From an uncultured Bacteroidales bacterium (GTDB lineage: Bacteria > Bacteroidota > Bacteroidia > Bacteroidales > P3): a stretch of DNA of 64,000 bases. Position numbers and translations under genes: made by a program. The stretch spans positions 1,799 to 65,798 of the forward strand of contig CAJOIV010000008.1 of assembly GCA_905234665.1 (NCBI GenBank), read 5' to 3'. Every line of letters starts with the position of its first letter. Position 1 is the first letter of the stretch. Below the pieces are notes generated by a model. That model worked only from the letters and a program-made list of their open reading frames with translations, had not been told where the DNA came from and searched no databases. Shown piece after piece: positions 62,807-64,000 of the stretch.

Positions 62807-64000
62807 ATGAAAAGAATATCCACCCTCCTGCTTGCTGCAGCACTCATCCTCTCTGCCGCCAGCTGCAAGAAAAACAACAACACCATGAGCAATATCGACG
62901 AGTCTTGCGTCAAGAGCACGCTGGATGCTTTCCACGACAAATACGGCGACCGTCCCGACCTGCAGGACCGCCTCACACGCGGCGTGCAGCAGGCTGCCGC
63001 CCTCTGGACTGCCGAGGACGGCACCCCCGCAGAGTTCCAGGAGTTCTGCCTCAACCACTTCGTGGCCGACAGTGCCGCGCTGCAGGCCATGGCCGACCAG
63101 CTGGAGCGCAACATGGAGAGCCTCTGGGGCTGTTTCAACAAGATGACTGTCGACCTCAACCTGCCCATCCATGTCGACGGCCCCGCACCCACCGAGCTGG
63201 ACGAGTTGTTCGGCGCCTACGACCCCTCGGCGCATTTTTCTGCCGACATGTTCCAGCAAAAGATTGCCTTCATCGTGGTGCTCAATTTTCCCTTCTATAC
63301 CCTCGAGGAGAAGAACACCCTCGGCAAGGATTGGAGCCGCCAACAGTGGGCCTACGCCCGCCTCGGCGACCTCTTCACCGCCCGCGTGCCCGCCGACGTG
63401 CAGCAGCAGCTGACGGCACAGCTCTCGGGAGCCGACAACTATATCTCGAACTATAACATCATGATGGGACACCTGCTCGACGAGCAGGGCAACAAGATTT
63501 TCCCCGACATGGCGCTCATCACCCATTGGGGCCTCCGCGACGAGCTGAAGACCCACTATAACGAGGGCGACGAGGGCCTCGCCAAGCAGCGCATGATCTA
63601 CCAGGTGATGCGCCGCATCATCGACCAGAGCATCCCCGCCTGCGTCATCAACAACGCCGACTACGACTGGAACCCCTTCAGCAACACCATCGTCGGCAAG
63701 GAAGGCAAGAAGGACGACAGCCCCGCCCGCGAGCAGGATGTGCGCTACCAGACGTTCCTCGACAACTTCCACGCCATGCAGCAGGTGGACAAGTACAACC
63801 CCGGCTACCCCACCGCCATCGCCCGCGCCTTCGACGAGGGCATGGAGGTGAGCTACGAGGAGATTGAACGCCTCTTCGACGAGTTCTGCAGCTCGGAGCA
63901 GGTGGGCGAGGTCGCCAAGCTCATCGAGGCCCGCCTGGGCCGCAAATTGGAACCCTTTGACATCTGGTACGACGGCTTCAAGAGCCGCAGCACCCTCAAC
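62807..64000 (+). CDS. Hypothetical lipoprotein, 3'-partial (open to the right edge; absent from the ORF track)
   Basis: My own translation: MKRISTLLLAAALILSAASCKKNNN...DESCVKSTLDAFHDKYGDRPDLQDRLTRGVQQAAALW... It stays open for 398 codons to position 64000. The antisense track ORF 62798..63772 is a shadow. Confidence 0.65.
   Translation, partial: MKRISTLLLAAALILSAASCKKNNNTMSNIDESCVKSTLDAFHDKYGDRPDLQDRLTRGVQQAAALWTAEDGTPAEFQEFCLNHFVADSAALQAMADQLERNMESLWGCFNKMTVDLNLPIHVDGPAPTELDELFGAYDPSAHFSADMFQQKIAFIVVLNFPFYTLEEKNTLGKDWSRQQWAYARLGDLFTARVPADVQQQLTAQLSGADNYISNYNIMMGHLLDEQGNKIFPDMALITHWGLRDELKTHYNEGDEGLAKQRMIYQVMRRIIDQSIPACVINNADYDWNPFSNTIVGKEGKKDDSPAREQDVRYQTFLDNFHAMQQVDKYNPGYPTAIARAFDEGMEVSYEEIERLFDEFCSSEQVGEVAKLIEARLGRKLEPFDIWYDGFKSRSTLN

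Noticed and set aside
1-64000. Search by eye for tRNA, rRNA, tmRNA, CRISPR repeats, integrase/recombinase, reverse transcriptase (retron or DGR) and restriction-modification partners
   Set aside because: None were recognised in any intergenic region or ORF translation. Intergenic gaps are short and are taken up by the repeats described above. This is a negative result from manual reading only; tRNAscan-SE, Infernal and DefenseFinder should confirm it.

Overview
High-GC chromosomal segment that looks like Bacteroidota, probably Prevotellaceae-like. Support for that: T9SS C-terminal sorting domains, TAnnTTTG-type -7 boxes, no Shine-Dalgarno sequences, and a uppS-bamA-ompH-ompH block plus a lptC/lpxD block.

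Most of the window is housekeeping: cysS, aroB, aspartate kinase, smpB, pth, coaX, lpxD, uppS, bamA, two Skp/OmpH genes, a flippase and a C69 dipeptidase.

Accessory or unusual content:
1. A 3635-aa T9SS type-B cargo protein made of about three dozen Cys-containing Ig-like repeats, and two more large T9SS type-A cargo genes.
2. An AT-rich array of three orphan Rhs C-terminal toxin cassettes, two with lipoprotein immunity candidates, with no Rhs shell gene in the window. It is followed by a GC-rich unknown gene, an 11-bp phased repeat array and an orphan T9SS sorting-domain remnant.
3. A RAYT (IS200-like Y1 transposase) gene embedded in a cluster of REP hairpins, i.e. a REPtron, next to an inverted array of 11-mers and several decayed genes.
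4. A membrane-anchored SF2 helicase.
5. Several families of short dispersed repeats: 7-nt tandem arrays sitting on stop/start junctions, and a 72-bp structured repeat that shows a compensatory change.

I saw no rRNA, tRNA, CRISPR array, integrase or reverse transcriptase. Many long ORFs in the track are antisense or off-frame shadows of GC-rich genes and were not called. All family assignments come from reading motifs by eye; no database search was run.
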